DNA from: Lama guanicoe
Taxonomy: Eukaryota
Length of the DNA stretch: 64,000 nt
Reading direction: 5' to 3'
Assembly (NCBI GenBank): GCA_013239625.1
Contig: MU056000.1
Location: forward strand, 12,971,175 to 13,035,174
Within the stretch, counting starts at the first letter, position 1. Every line of letters begins with the position of its first letter. This document shows positions 49,940-62,932 of the stretch, piece after piece. The position numbers and the translations under genes are program-made. The notes below the pieces were generated by a model. That model was not told the origin of the DNA. It saw only the letters and a list, made by a program, of their open reading frames with translations, and searched no databases.

Positions 49940-50645
49940 TTTGTTTTGCTTTGATTTGTTTGGTTTGCAATGATTTTCTTTTCTCCACTTCTATGCTACC
50001 TTGAGGCTTCCTCTCATACACCTCGGTTTACTGAAATCATGTCCAACTGCCGACTTCATCTTTATTACTGTTTCAGCTAAATTTCGTTCTATGAATTAAA
50101 GTGCTGTGAAATCAATCTTCCTCAAGCAAAGTTCTAACCACTTCCATTGCCTCTTTCATTAGATCTATATTCCCATACTCTTAATTTTCCAAAATCTTAC
50201 ATGTCCTGGCACCATCCACCTTCCCAGAATGACAACTGGCTGAACTTTAACATTATTTATGCAATCTATACAAACTGGAGTTAAAAATTTTTCATTGGTA
50301 GTTTCTCCAATTTTCTAGCCCCTGAATTTCTGCCCATGTAAAAACTGTTTTCCCCCATCTGAAAGACTTCTCCTCCTTCACAAATTTACCTATCAGAACC
50401 CTATTTATTCTTTAAAAAGTAAGTCAAATTTACTTCCTTCATGATATATGCTTGGGTCTTTGCAATGCTGTTTGAATTATGCCTTGTACTTAATTATCAG
50501 TATACTTTTCCATCACGCTAGGAGTGTGTATTTCCTGTAAGCCTTGAATAGAAACTGTTTATATTTATGTATATCTTTCAGAAACTATCACAGAGTCAAG
50601 GATATGAAACTTTCCAAACAATAACTATTTATTTGAATGTAATTT
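49940..50645 (+). mobile_element. Long degenerate L2 fragment
   Basis: L2 layout, e.g. ctatttattctttaaaaagtaagtcaaatttacttccttcatga...ctgtaagccttga...tatttatttgaatg. Confidence 0.6.
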
Positions 50646-51355
50646 AGACAACTTCCCATTTCAAATTCAAAACTGTTCGTGCTTCAGATAAAGGCTTTGA
50701 CAAATAGAAAATGTGGATTACATTTATTTTGTAACACTATCTCTCAACCCATTAGAGCACAGAAATATATCACTAGAAGCATAACAAGAAACAACTGGGG
50801 ATTAATTATGAAATATTCTTATCTCCTACAAGTAGTTAGCAGGGAAAAAAAATGTTTTCAGGAAACAGCTATAATTTGAAACACTTAAACCCCTTCCACT
50901 GAATGGAGTAACTTTATCCTATGCTCTTCTGAAAATCTCATTGCCAATTTCCTTGCATATTTCTAAGTGTAACCATTAGAAGACTTAGGAAACCACAGTA
51001 ATTCATGATAGGATAAAAGCTAGCCTTGCTTCTCATAATAGCATTGTCGCATTTTTGAGATAAAGAGAAACATTTTGTGTTAAAGACATTTGCCCTGTTA
51101 TCTTAAAAGATGCAGATTTTCTTCATTTTACACTAATTTTTAGTCTTAATTTCATCAAAACAATTACATTTGTATTGTTTGCAAACACACAGGCCCCCTA
51201 ATAAAAGCTTGGTGTTTACATTTAAGGTTAGAACTAAGAGGACCTCATCAAGTGTTGTCAATGGACTGATGGACTGAAGGAACTCTGGCTAGTACCAAGC
51301 ATCTGACTCAGACAGATTTTATATTCCCATTATTCTTATGTTCATGCAAGCACAT

Positions 51356-51877
51356 TGTATTAGGGAAGAACAAATCTGACTCCATAGTAGATCTGTCCCT
51401 CTGGCTCTAACCCTGCTCTGTGTTTCCTGTACTTCCTCACGCTGGTTCTGCATCCTTTTGTGGCAGAATGTTGCCAATAGTCTGAAATGTACAGGAGAGC
51501 TCATTCTTATGGTCAGAACCTTTAAGGGTGTAGCACTTTCTCATTCATATAAAGATAAAAAATTGCAGAATAGAAAATAACATTTGTCTCCTTGGAGGTT
51601 TACAGGGACACCATGACCTGACCTACATGGACAGCTGCAAGAACAAAGGACTCCGACACCAAGAAGTTTGTAACAACCAACCACACCCCCTCTCCTTTTT
51701 AGTATAAAAGGAGCCTGAATTCAGACTTGGGGGAAAATGGTTTTCCAGGACATTAGTCTGCCATCTACTCCATCTGCTGGCTTTCCAAATAAAGTCATTA
51801 TTCCTTGCCCCGACACCTCATCTGCTGATTTATTGGCCTGTCATGCAGCAAGCAGAACGAGTTTGGACTCGATAACA
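51356..51877 (+). mobile_element. ERV1-class solo LTR (522 bp) with 4-bp TSD
   Basis: TG...CA termini. TSD acat at 51352-51355 and 51878-51881. TATAAAA at 51703-51709, AATAAA at 51788-51793, U5 ending gagtttggactcgataaca. Confidence 0.92.
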
Positions 51878-52909
51878 ACATTTGGTAAATCATCAGCATT
51901 CATCTTCATTTCTGAATATTCCTTTCCAAAATTCATACATTTCCTTCTACTTGAATATTCCCCACTACATATGAATATTTAAAGCTTTCTCCATTCTTCA
52001 CAAAATCTTTCTTCCTCCCATCAACGTCAGCCAAAATTTCCTCAGAAACTACCACACTACCTTGGTACAAGTCAAGAAACTAACTTTTAAATAAAATATT
52101 AAGGAAAAGTCTGATACTCTTGGCGTTACCCATTGGTCCTATAATGTATCTCATCAAGTAGAATGCCCCCCTCCACCCCGCCCCAATCCAAAACAGTTGA
52201 ATGGCTCGAGAAGCTTCAGGTGCAAAGCGAGGCGGATGGTTAAACCTTATTATAGACTGGGATGCTATCAAATTGAGTTCCATGTGTGCTTGCGATCAGG
52301 GAACACTATTTCTCACTATTATATCTCTTGTTCCACTTGAAAAACGTTTCTCTTCTCAATCCCTTGGAATCTTCTTAATTGATGATTTCAGCCGCAAAGG
52401 GGGGGAAATGTTTCTACTTGGTAAACAACAGTGATTTTATTGACTTGAGAGTTAGCATTGCAACCTGGCCAAGGTAAGCTCCTAATTCACCTAAATGGAA
52501 AAAAAAAGTGGGTTATGATGAAGATTTGGGTGAATAATTCTGCCTGTCAAAGAGAAAAAGCATTGTTGATGCAAAATGGAGTTTATGCATCCACGTGCTG
52601 GTGGGACCTACATGTGATTAAAATCCTCAGAAATGGAAGTGAGGACACAAGCAAAGTAACAAAACCACAGTAAGTAGCAAAACTCAAGTAGCTGTGTTTC
52701 TTACAAAAGTTCAGGGGGCGGATCACATAGTAGCAAAGACATAGCTAACTGTTTACAGCCCTCATAGCAGCTGCAGTTACACATTCTGCATACAAAGAAA
52801 GTAGTTAATTTTTTAGCTCAGAGGTGACAGAATACAGACAGGATTTCATGAGTTCAAAGAAACAGATTAATAGGTCAAAAATTTTAGATTTGGAAGTGAA
52901 TTCAGTAAC

Positions 52910-53397
52910 TGATGGGATTGGGGCTGTCTCTCCCAAGTGAAGCTAAATGATTTTGTTAATATAAGAGACAGTTGGATTCTGATAGGCAGGGCATTTCTCT
53001 GAGAAGCACAAATATGAGATATAGGTATGTGTATGCAGGATAATCAGAGGCTATCCTCCAAGTAGATCTTTGAGGTAAATTCAATTTGAGTATATACTGT
53101 ACCAACTTTCTACCTCTACGGATCATGCCTTTGTTTGAGTTTTCATGGGAATGGGTCCTTATTTCCCCCTAGGGAATCCAAAGATGCTAGATTTCTGCCT
53201 TCCATGCACGAGTTTTGCATGCATTATAACATGGTTGCTTACCTGAGCAATCCCACCTGGGATGTTTAATCCAATCTGAGTGATACAGAGAAGCAAAATT
53301 TGGTTTATAATTCATTACCATAGCAACAGCATCCTGTGTTTCCAGTATTGGTTTCAGCAGTTCCTTCTAGGACTCAGTGGGGGCAATACTACCATGA
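52910..53397 (-). mobile_element. Possible ancient LTR (family uncertain)
   Basis: About 490 bp with LTR-like ends on the minus strand (catggtagtattgcccc...ccccaatcccatca). Family not recognised with certainty. Confidence 0.3.
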
Positions 53398-54598
53398 CTG
53401 AATGATTATATATATATCTATATATCCATATATACAATATCCATATAAAATATTATATGTATTATAGTTATATGTATTATATATTCACATGAATCTAAAA
53501 GTACATTTTCAAAGTGTGGTAGATAACATCAAGGACTTGAATTAGTACACAGGTTAAAAAAGTTAAAACCAATTCATGCATTATACTGTTAAAATTGGAC
53601 AGATCAATTAACTCTGCTTTATTATTTGTAAAATAATATGCTGTCTTATGAGATGGCTGGAGTTCATTCCCTATTCAATCCACCGTTTGATGAAACAACA
53701 GTGTTTGAAGTGGTTTTCCATTCATGTTGATCCTTAGCTGAAAATTAAATGTGATTAGAAATTCTTTTGACAGAAGAATTTATCAGCTTTAAAGTTAATA
53801 AAATTTCTAATGTGAATGGTTACTTTCTGTCTGAGTAGTTTGCTATAATAAACTGAGTATTAGATTGACAGTAGTTAATGGCATTCATTCCAGGGAAAAG
53901 AATCTTTACCGGCAACGTTGAGAAACTAACTTCCTTGAAATGTACCTGGAAATCTTCCCAGACTTTGGTATCCATCTATCATCCAACAAGACTCTAGAAG
54001 ATGCATTTTGCTTACACTGCTTTTTTCATAAATTTGAAAGAAAATAAGTGTGCATCATCTGCTATGTTACAGAAGACAACTAATGTACATATATTTTGAA
54101 TTTATGTTTAACTTAAGATATTGGGGGGGCACTGTTTTATTGTAGAAAACAGTGGCATAAAATGAGGACAAATATATGAGGGTGTTGTCCATTTATGCTC
54201 TGTTTAAAGATAAGCTTTACTTCAGTACATTTATTAAAGAGATTAAGTTTTCTAAGCTGCATGACAAGACAGGGTTGGCTGAGGTTGGTAACTTCTATGT
54301 CAGAAGTAAGCTGTCTTCAGGTAGGATAAATGGATCACTTGAAAAAATATAAAAGCTGAACATGGCTTGCTTTTGGCAGCAGCAGAAGACAATTTATCAG
54401 GGATAAACACCTGTTTAAGTAAAGTTTCTCAAGAAGATTGACTTGTACCTATCTCACATTCTCTAAAAATATTTAGAGATTGAGGTCTTCACTTTGGTAT
54501 GCTTAGTGGCATAATTAGGTTCTGGAGTTGGGCCTTAGGTTGTTTTAAACATTGTAAAACTTTGTATATTTAATAGAGATATTGTATGGATTGAGGAT

Positions 54599-54977
54599 TA
54601 TTATGAGCTGAATTTTGCCACGACCCTCATCCATAGTTTGAAGTCCTAATACCTAGTATCTCAATATGTGATTTTATTTGCACATAGGGTCTTTACAGAA
54701 GTAATTCAGCTGAAGAGAGGTCCTTAGGGTAAACCCTAATCCAATCTGACTTTGCCCTAGAAGAGGAAATTAGGGTGCAGAAACCTACAGAAAGAGACCA
54801 TGTGAAGACACTAGGAGAAGAAAGTCATCTACAAGCCAGAGAGAGAACGCTTAGAAGAAACCCTGCCAAGATCTTGATCTGGGACTTCTGGCCTTCAGAA
54901 TCGTGAGAAAATAAACCCTGTCTTTAAGCCACCCAGACTGCAGCACTTTGTTTTGGCAAACCTAGGGAACTAACACA
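54599..54977 (+). mobile_element. MLT1A/B-type MaLR solo LTR
   Basis: ttatgagctgaattttg...tgaagtcctaatacctagtatctca...ccctaatccaat...catgtgaagacac...tttaagccaccca...aactaacaca. Confidence 0.9.
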
Positions 54978-54979
54978 GG

Positions 54980-55085
54980 AATACAGAGCATCTGATTTCT
55001 AGTGTCAGCTGTCTACTTACTAGTTATTTTAAATTTGATAGTTAATTTAATCACTAGGGGCCTTAGCTTTCCCATATGTTAAAAA
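54980..55085 (+). mobile_element. MIR fragment
   Basis: ctacttactagtta...gccttagctttcccatatgt. Confidence 0.55.
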
Positions 55086-55859
55086 AAAAGAAAATTTAGA
55101 CCACTTTGCCCATGCCTTTTTGCTCTGTGGTGAGACAGTAGGTCAAGATGGTAAATTTTTTTTTTAACTTATTTCTTATCTAAATTTCTATGTTCAGGGT
55201 AATATTCAACTGTGATTTCAAAATAAAAATATATTGAGGCACATAAGCACTCAGAAAGTACATTATCTAGGTACTACATTTTTCTGAAAATTGAATTTAG
55301 GACATAGCGACAACATAAAAAGGCAAAGATGGACAACACAAAATACAGGAAAAGCTGGTAAACTGGGTTGCCTTCAAATGATGATAAGTGCAAATCAGTC
55401 TTGATAATATGAGGACTTATTACATTTTACACTAAACATTTTAAATATAGAAGACATATATTATGTTTAAAAGAAAGTAACATTTTGGACAAAATTTCTG
55501 GATAATTTTATCCAAACTTTTGTTTTAGGGATATAAGATTAGGAAAGAATAATCTTAATTTATGTTCAGATCTCACTATTTCTTATTTTCACCAGAAACT
55601 TTTACTACCAATTTTTATTTTTAACTCCTTTGTGGTTATACTCTGTACTGTATTTGGAGCTATTCATTGGTCTTTGGATATCTTCAAATATTTCCATGAA
55701 CAATAAGAATATGGTCAACTAAATAAGTCTTTTCAATCATACATGCTACTTAGCTACTTTTTAATGTCTCTCTGCTTCATAAACTTCTAAGAGTTAACTA
55801 TATTCACTGTCTCCAAGACTGTAATAACAAATGGGCCAACACATTAATACAAATGTAGA

Positions 55860-56615
55860 ATTACTGAAATCTCATTAGAGGTCAGGAAATACGCATTGAA
55901 ACATTAACTGGATGACAGTTTTGTGTTAGATTTCAAAGGAGAAGATTTAATAGCACATGATGTTGGCAAGAGTAACGGGATAGTATTCACACTTCTGATG
56001 GGAATGTAAATTTATTTGACTTTTCAGAGGGCAGTTAGAAACTCTTTTTTGAACTTAGATAAATGCACACACTTTTGACTAACAATTTTATCTCTGTAAA
56101 TTTATCCTGCACTACTGCTAGCATCAATGACTGAAGATTTATGTGCACTGATTTCACTAACATGTAACAGCAAAACCCAAACCAAATCAAACTGCACCTG
56201 GAAATATCACAAATATGCATAAATAAATAAATTTGATATGTCTGAGTATTTGCACAAAATGCCGTGATTAACAAAAGTAAAACAAACCTTCATGCTTTCA
56301 CTTAGAATTTTTTAAACTACTGTTAAGTTATAAAAGCCAGGTGCAGAACAATATGTACAGCATGATCTTTTGCATGGAAAAAATTGTGTGTTTGTGTGTA
56401 TGAAAGAGAGAAAATAAAAGCTAAGAAAGATATTGTGTGCCAATAAGCACAAAAAACGCTTGGGAATACGTAATCCTCCTAAACAATTTAACATCTTCTG
56501 AATTGAATAAGAGTGAAATAAAAGGATATAATTGTTATTAAGTTATTTATTGTTAAGAGTTGTTAAAATTTATTGTTTTACTTTTCTAATAAAGAATTAA
56601 AAATTTTTTAAAAAG
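55860..56615 (+). mobile_element. Old L1ME-type 3' fragment
   Basis: tcacacttctgatgggaatgtaaatt...acacttttgactaacaatttta...aaatttatcct, followed by a 3'UTR-like tail. Confidence 0.65.
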
Positions 56616-56669
56616 AAATATTTCAATTGCATGAATAATATAAAGATACTTTAACAAAATCCATAACTT

Positions 56670-56851
56670 TATATATATATATATATGATATATAATATTA
56701 CTTGAAATGCAGCGCAATTTCATTGCCTTAAAAATATATATATTTATATATATTTAAGTGTGTGTATATATATATTTATATATATGTATATATACACATA
56801 TATATATTTTTATGTATATATTGTGTGTGTGTGTGTGTGTGTATACATATA

Positions 56852-56897
<46 letters not shown>
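56670..56897. repeat. Compound (TA)n/(TG)n microsatellite
   Basis: Multiple (ta)n runs and a (tg)n run of about 10 units starting at 56822. Confidence 0.97.
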
Positions 56898-56934
56898 AGA
56901 AAACAGCAAGATACTTTTGGGGGAAAAGATAAAA

Positions 56935-57450
56935 GAAAAGTTTTGAGCCAGATTAAACAGAAAGGGAAATTTATTGAAAGGGTTCCTGGACCACTCATGG
57001 TGTCGAAGGAACAACTGAACAGCTGAGCTTTGGGGCTGGCGCTGGAAAAACCTGGAACTGGTAGCAGAGGTGCCTTTCTTCTCCTCTGTCTGTGTGGCCT
57101 CCTCATTCTCTCAAGCAGACTTTCCCCCAGGATGTTGTACATGACTTGTAGTGGCTTTTAGTAAAACATCATTGAAAGATAACATTCTCATTGTCTCTAG
57201 CAATTAAATAAATAATAAATAAATAAATAAAACAAAAGCCCTTCCCAGGGGTGGTCTCTGATGGGCTCTGCTGCATCTTCTGCCCTCCCTCGGATCCTTC
57301 CCTGTGGCTACTCGGTGGGTAGTCTATGTGACAGGTTTGACTTGCGTACTGTGCCCATCTCTGGCCCAGGCAATCTGTGCTCTTATAAGGAGACAGGAGC
57401 ATCCATGTGTTTAAATAGTATACACACTAATTTTCTTTTTCTTAGTGATC
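56935..57450 (-). mobile_element. Old MLT1J/K-like LTR with internal (AAAT)n
   Basis: ttaaacagaaagggaaatttattgaaagggttcctgg is the reverse complement of an MLT1 3' region. Confidence 0.6.
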
Positions 57451-57619
57451 CTCCCATGCCCCACTTCCCATTGTACAACTTAATGATACAGCCATAAACA
57501 TTCTTTACCAATGATCACTGGATCAGCTTGTGACCAGGCTCAGAGTCCTAGCATAGCCACAGGCGGAAAAAAACTCTCTTAACTGAAGTCATGGGGTAGA
57601 AGCTATGATGATGAGACAT

Positions 57620-57779
57620 TATCACCCCTTGCTAGGGGAGAGGCACGGGACAGATCCTCAGAAGGAACCAACACCCTGATTTCAGACTTCTATCCTCCGG
57701 AACCGAGAGACAAAAAAAGTCTGTTTTAAGTCACTCAGTTTCTGGTACTTTGTTACGGCAGCCTTAGCAAAAGAATACA
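57620..57779 (+). mobile_element. MLT1B/C 3' fragment
   Basis: cctcagaaggaaccaacaccctgatttcagacttctatcctcc...ggtactttgttacggcagccttagcaaaagaataca. Confidence 0.85.
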
Positions 57780-57989
57780 TGCCCTGCTCTCTGTTTCCCT
57801 GTAAAACAGGATGCCCTCTGCCCTGAGCTTGCCTAGTCACCCGGGGTGGGGGTGCATTCCAGAAGGCCTGAGCACCTCTACTCCCACCACCAGTCGAGGT
57901 ATGCGATTAAGAGCCTGTTGTTTTTGCTTCCTCAGCCTGTTTTGGTCAGTTCATTTGCTACTGCAAATAATTTATATACACCAGATTAA

Positions 57990-58310
57990 ATATATAAGTA
58001 TAAAAAGAAAAAAAAAGAGTTGTTATTTCTGGGAAAACTAAATGCTTTGGAAAGATTGATACAACAAATCACACACAAAAATACCCTCAAATATGTGTAT
58101 ATAAATTAACTAAAATATTAAAGTAAAAAAATATAAGTGTCTAAAAGCCGTCTGAGCTCAGATTAATAGCATATTTAAATCTGTACTTTAATTCAAAGAA
58201 ATTGGAAATTTTAGACGCTACAAATTGGATTTGGGTGATGTTAAAAAATTGATGAAGAAATCGTATCAGTCGACTTGTGCTTAAAAAAGTCCATTTAGTT
58301 TAAAGCAAAA
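57990..58310 (+). mobile_element. Tigger/pogo transposase N-terminal remnant
   Basis: Reads K-rich RVVISGKTK / ALERL (HTH-psq-like) and KKLEILDATNWIWVMLKN**RNRISRLVLKK (CENP-B-type HTH; compare DALWVWFMQERRRGTPISGPILK), with stops and frameshifts. Confidence 0.7.
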
Positions 58311-58734
58311 TATTGAAGACATATGTATGTATCTTTTTCTAAGTAATCTCTTTAACTAGTTTGTTCATTAACTGTGGGCTTCATCAGGTTGAGTAACTGT
58401 CCCTGATCATCCTTGGGAGGGACAAGCTTGGGCTCAAACATCTTTCACTTGAGCAGCATTTTAGTCAGGAAGCACCCAACAGATAGATGATAGACATTTG
58501 AAGAGTCATCTAAACAGCTTTTTGTGTGTATGTGAATACATGCCTGAGGTTTCAAGGACCAGCATGTTACAGTCTGATGACACTGCTTTTGCATGTCGCA
58601 AATAGCTCTTTTATCAGTCCTGAATGTCTGATATTTCAGTGTCTACTTTTCCATCTCGATTTTCACATTCTAGGGTCTATCACCTGTAATGTACCAGTTC
58701 TACTGACAGTTTTTCTATCAATCTGGACTTTTGA

Positions 58735-59701
58735 TTTTTAAAGCACACAACTCGATCTAAGCAGAAGAAGGAAATTAACTGGGAAGACGCTAGTGCTTTT
58801 CACTGAAAGGAAAATGTGGGAAGTACACTCAGGTGCAGTAACGATCAGGACAAAATAGCTCAGAGACCACAGACACTGTAACCAGGGGTGTGAGCGGGAC
58901 TCCAACTTTCATCTTTGCCTCTTTGATATTGGCTTTATTCTCTGCAATGGAAAATTGTTATTTTGTGTGCAAATTGATCAGTTCCACAGAAACAGTAGAA
59001 TAAGAAAACAAGCAGTTTCCTTAGCTTCAAGGACAAGGTGCAGAAATGAAGCTTTGTTCAGCCTCTTCACTTCCTTGAGGAAATACTGGCCAGGAGACTT
59101 GCAAGAGCTCCAAGGACCCTCAACGGGCCAGGAGGGTCACTGACCCTGAGGACGCTTGGTCAGCCCAGGAAATCTGCGAAGTCACTCACTAGCTTCCTCC
59201 TCTATAGCAGGTCCTTGTATATAAAGCAGAGAAAGGGAACATCAAATTAGTAGGTCACACCTTTGCACGTTTTATAGGGTTCATTCCACAGGACAGAGCG
59301 CACAATCACAAATGTGTATAATGTATATGTACCTCAGAAGAGCTGTCCCGGGAGGGCTTATGATCAGTTTCCCCTTTATGAAGAGAACCTTGGACACCAA
59401 TCACTACAATACCGTTGGAAACCTGGGATTTGCCGGTTTCCCGTTTTGCCTCTGGGAAAATAGATTTCTCCGTGCCAAAATTCCGAGAAAGGTTGCTGAT
59501 GGACTAGTTTGGTTTGCCTGCTTACTCTTAGATGAGTCATTCTTTCCATAGGGATCAGAGTTGTGCATGAAGACAACTTTTCTTTCCCCCAAGACCATAA
59601 GTAAAATGGATAATGGGGAAGGAATAGCTTCGGAAAAACAAAAGGGCAGATTTCTCAATAGAAGGGAGGGAGTCTAGGCGAAAATACCAAGACCAGCTAC
59701 A
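58735..59701 (-). mobile_element. Fragmented old MLT1K/L-like LTR sequence
   Basis: ctaagcagaagaaggaaattaactggg at the left and ggggaaggaatagctt...agaagggagggagtctagg...ccagctaca at the right. Interrupted internally. Confidence 0.45.
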
Positions 59702-62544
59702 GAAGATAGGCTGAAAAGAAACACTGAGAGCTCAAAACACGTAGAAAAAGCGTAAGAAAATAATAGCTATGGACAGAAATTTTACTTATGCATGAAAAGA
59801 CTCATTTAGGTTTATATAAGCACAACACTTTAAGTTAGGGTCTTTCAAAGTCATGTATATTTTCTATGGACATCTCAATTAATGAACTGTTTAATTCCCT
59901 TTTTCCCCCTAGTTGGCTTAAAAAATATTGTCCATGAAGCTATTATTTATTTACTACAGGAGAATTTGACGTATCTTATTGCTTTTGTCCTCCTAAAAAG
60001 ATGAAATAAATTCCCTTGTATTTTTTTACTGTGCATTGTGGATGAAAAGAGTTTTTAATTTATCTACTGAACTGATGTAAACATGAGTTTGTTTTCTCAA
60101 CATTTTTGCATGAATATTTACAGTAAAAAGAAATAATCCCCTTTAAAGCTTGGATTGAACTATAGCCATCAGATGCTAACCTCACTTAGAAACCATGAAT
60201 AGTAGTCATTTCATTTAGGAGAGATTCTGGGACACTGTCACAAAAAGTTACATATATCTGTAAATCTTTATAATCATCATAAACTCATAAAACAATTTTT
60301 TTAAAAAAGAAGAATGTTTTTAAAGGTACTTAACAGTTCTGAAAACTAATGGCATTTAGATAGCTGTTAATTTTAAAACTCATAGCTGTTTGATTTTCTT
60401 CTTAAACAGGTGGTAAAAGCCCCTTGCCTAGGGCAAAAATAGCAGAGAAAAAATTCATCAAAATACCGTCTTCAGCTGGTTTTGAAGCACTAGTGACAGT
60501 TCGGCATTGCTTGTGGGATTGAAGTTCACAGTTGCTCAATCCCTACTAAGTTGATAAAGGCTAGGAGAAAAGATGTGAAACGAAATGAGTCGAAGTGTAA
60601 AAGCATTTTATTTAGGTCATTTAAAAATATTAAAGTTGTCTGTCAACCTACATTTTTAACCTATTTCTGTTTGCATCTTGGGACAAAAAAAAAAGGGGGG
60701 GAAACCACATAAAGACAACTAAAGTCATCTGAACATAGAGCCTCACCTGTATTTCAGAGGCTGGCGGATCCAACGCTTTCACCTTCAGTCTCTCTCAAAG
60801 GGGAAGAGCTAAAGAGAGCAGATAAAACTACCAATGATAAGATGTTATCATTTCTGGTTTTCTGGAAGCAGGAATCCAAACTCCAACTTAATTGGAATTT
60901 TTCATGAAATTCTTTCAAGACTCATACAGGATTAATCCATTTTGATTTCTAATCTGGCCAGATTTCCCAAGTCCTGACTTCAGGTGATGAAAAAATTCCT
61001 CCCAGTGTTGATTACATGGAAGTGGAGAAGAGAAAGAGAAGCCATTCGTTTTGTGTGTGTGAGGAAAGAAAATGTCTCATCAATAAAATCAGAAATAGAT
61101 GCAACCTTTGCAGACAAGAAGACGGACAAGCAGGGTGTTTGAGTGACACGGTATTGCTGGAACTCAGGGCAGCGGAAGAACAGCTACCAGGTTTCCAGGA
61201 GGTTGGGTTGGAGCCTTTTCAACAGGGTGTCCAGGCAGAACTTTTTGCCTTGTTTTCTGGGCTAAGTGAGCATCTTGGATAATTCCGAATCATAATATTT
61301 ATTTCTCTGAGTTGGAATCATAGGTTTGTTTATTTTTTTCTTCAATTATACTGTCAGCTGGTTAAATCCAGGAACTGCATCTTCTAATTTTCTTATCCTA
61401 AGGGCATGGTAGGTCCCCCTGCCTTTTTGTTTGTGTTTTTCATTTGTCAATAACAGAAAGGCCAAAAGATAGAGAGGATTAATGAGTCAAGATCTATAAA
61501 GTGTTTAGAAGAAGGCTGGAATCATAGACTCAATGAATGTTAGCAATTATGATCATTATGCACTATGATCATCATGTAGTTATTATTTTTATGACAGATG
61601 AATGATTGCCAAAATGACTTTCTTGATTCCAATATTATGTTGAGTGCAACGGTGGTTCACTTATGAAACTGTGTTTGTGTGAAATAAAGAGACCTGGGAA
61701 AGGATTAATTGTCCAATTCATATTACTAATTGTTCATTCATATAACTTTCTATTTTAAGCCTTGTGAGGAAATGATATTTCCATAAAAATTTTAAATCTC
61801 ACAAATATTTACTTATATAATCTTGTAACTATACAGAATAGGTTAATCATGTTTCAGATGTTCTAACAGGACTTTCATGATTAGAAATCTTACTTGTAAG
61901 AAGATTAGTATGTCCTCTCCTACACTTACACTTCTCATAATATTCAGATATTATCTTCAAACTGCTTAGGGTGTACATATTCAGTTCTAATTTTTAAAAT
62001 TGCTTAATTCACCTTATCGTAATTATTTTCATACATGTATGAAATGCAGTCACATTCAAAAGATAGAGAATATTATGTAACCACGTTATCTACTATGCTT
62101 TTCAGTGCCAACGCCACTGAAATTATCCTAACAATTTGGCAGAATGCTTTAATTCAGTCAGTTTCCATATTTTTACTTATTAAGCATTGTTTATGTATTC
62201 AATAATCTGAGTTAATTCCTATGATGTAAAATCCACTGAGCTTAATACATAGCATAAAATTAACAATAATTAACTGATTAACTATAAGGATTTTACACAA
62301 AAGGATGAAAGAAATGAGACATAGGAAAAAAGGCATACATGTATAAAATGTTAAGCAATATGAGAAGTAACTGAGCCAAAAATTAATTAAATATATCAAT
62401 AAATGAAGTAGTAAAGGGCAAAAATGAAATAGCGTAGGTAAAATGTACTGTTAAGTCATAAAATCTGGGCTTTCTAAGTTTATTTTTATGGAAGAGGAAG
62501 GAATATAAAAAGCAAATTCATTCAAATTATAAAAAACATGTTTA

Positions 62545-62775
62545 AGGGCATCTTAGTCATTTTTTATCTGACAAATTGCTAAGAAATTTTATATAAATTG
62601 ATTTAATAGTTAATAGCTATACTGTTTTTTTTTGCGAGGATTTTCCCCAGAAAGTTACTGAAGTTTAAGATACGTGACTTGTTTACGATCACAAATCTTT
62701 GAAGTTCGTAGAGGTAGCATCCAAATATCAGATCCTAACATTTCAAAGTCTATATCCAGCTTTTACCACCCTGAA
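62545..62775 (-). mobile_element. MIR
   Basis: gttactgaagtttaagatacgtgacttgtttacgatcaca...cagatcctaacatttcaaagtc. Confidence 0.6.
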
Positions 62776-62886
62776 ATCTCAGCTAAGATGTGAGGAAATA
62801 GCAAAATGTGAAAAGTTAGAGTAAAGGAAACAGAGTATTCCAAGGAAAGCAGAATAAGGACTTGAGCCACGTGCAGAATCAAAACA

Positions 62887-62932
62887 AACACGCACACACA
62901 CAGACACGCACAAGCAGACACACAGACAGACA
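62887..62932. repeat. Degenerate (CA)n/(CAGA)n microsatellite
   Basis: acacgcacacacacagacacgcacaagcagacacacagacagaca. Confidence 0.85.

Noticed and set aside
56754..57142. Tyr/Ile-rich ORFs
   Set aside because: Translations of the TA/TG microsatellite.
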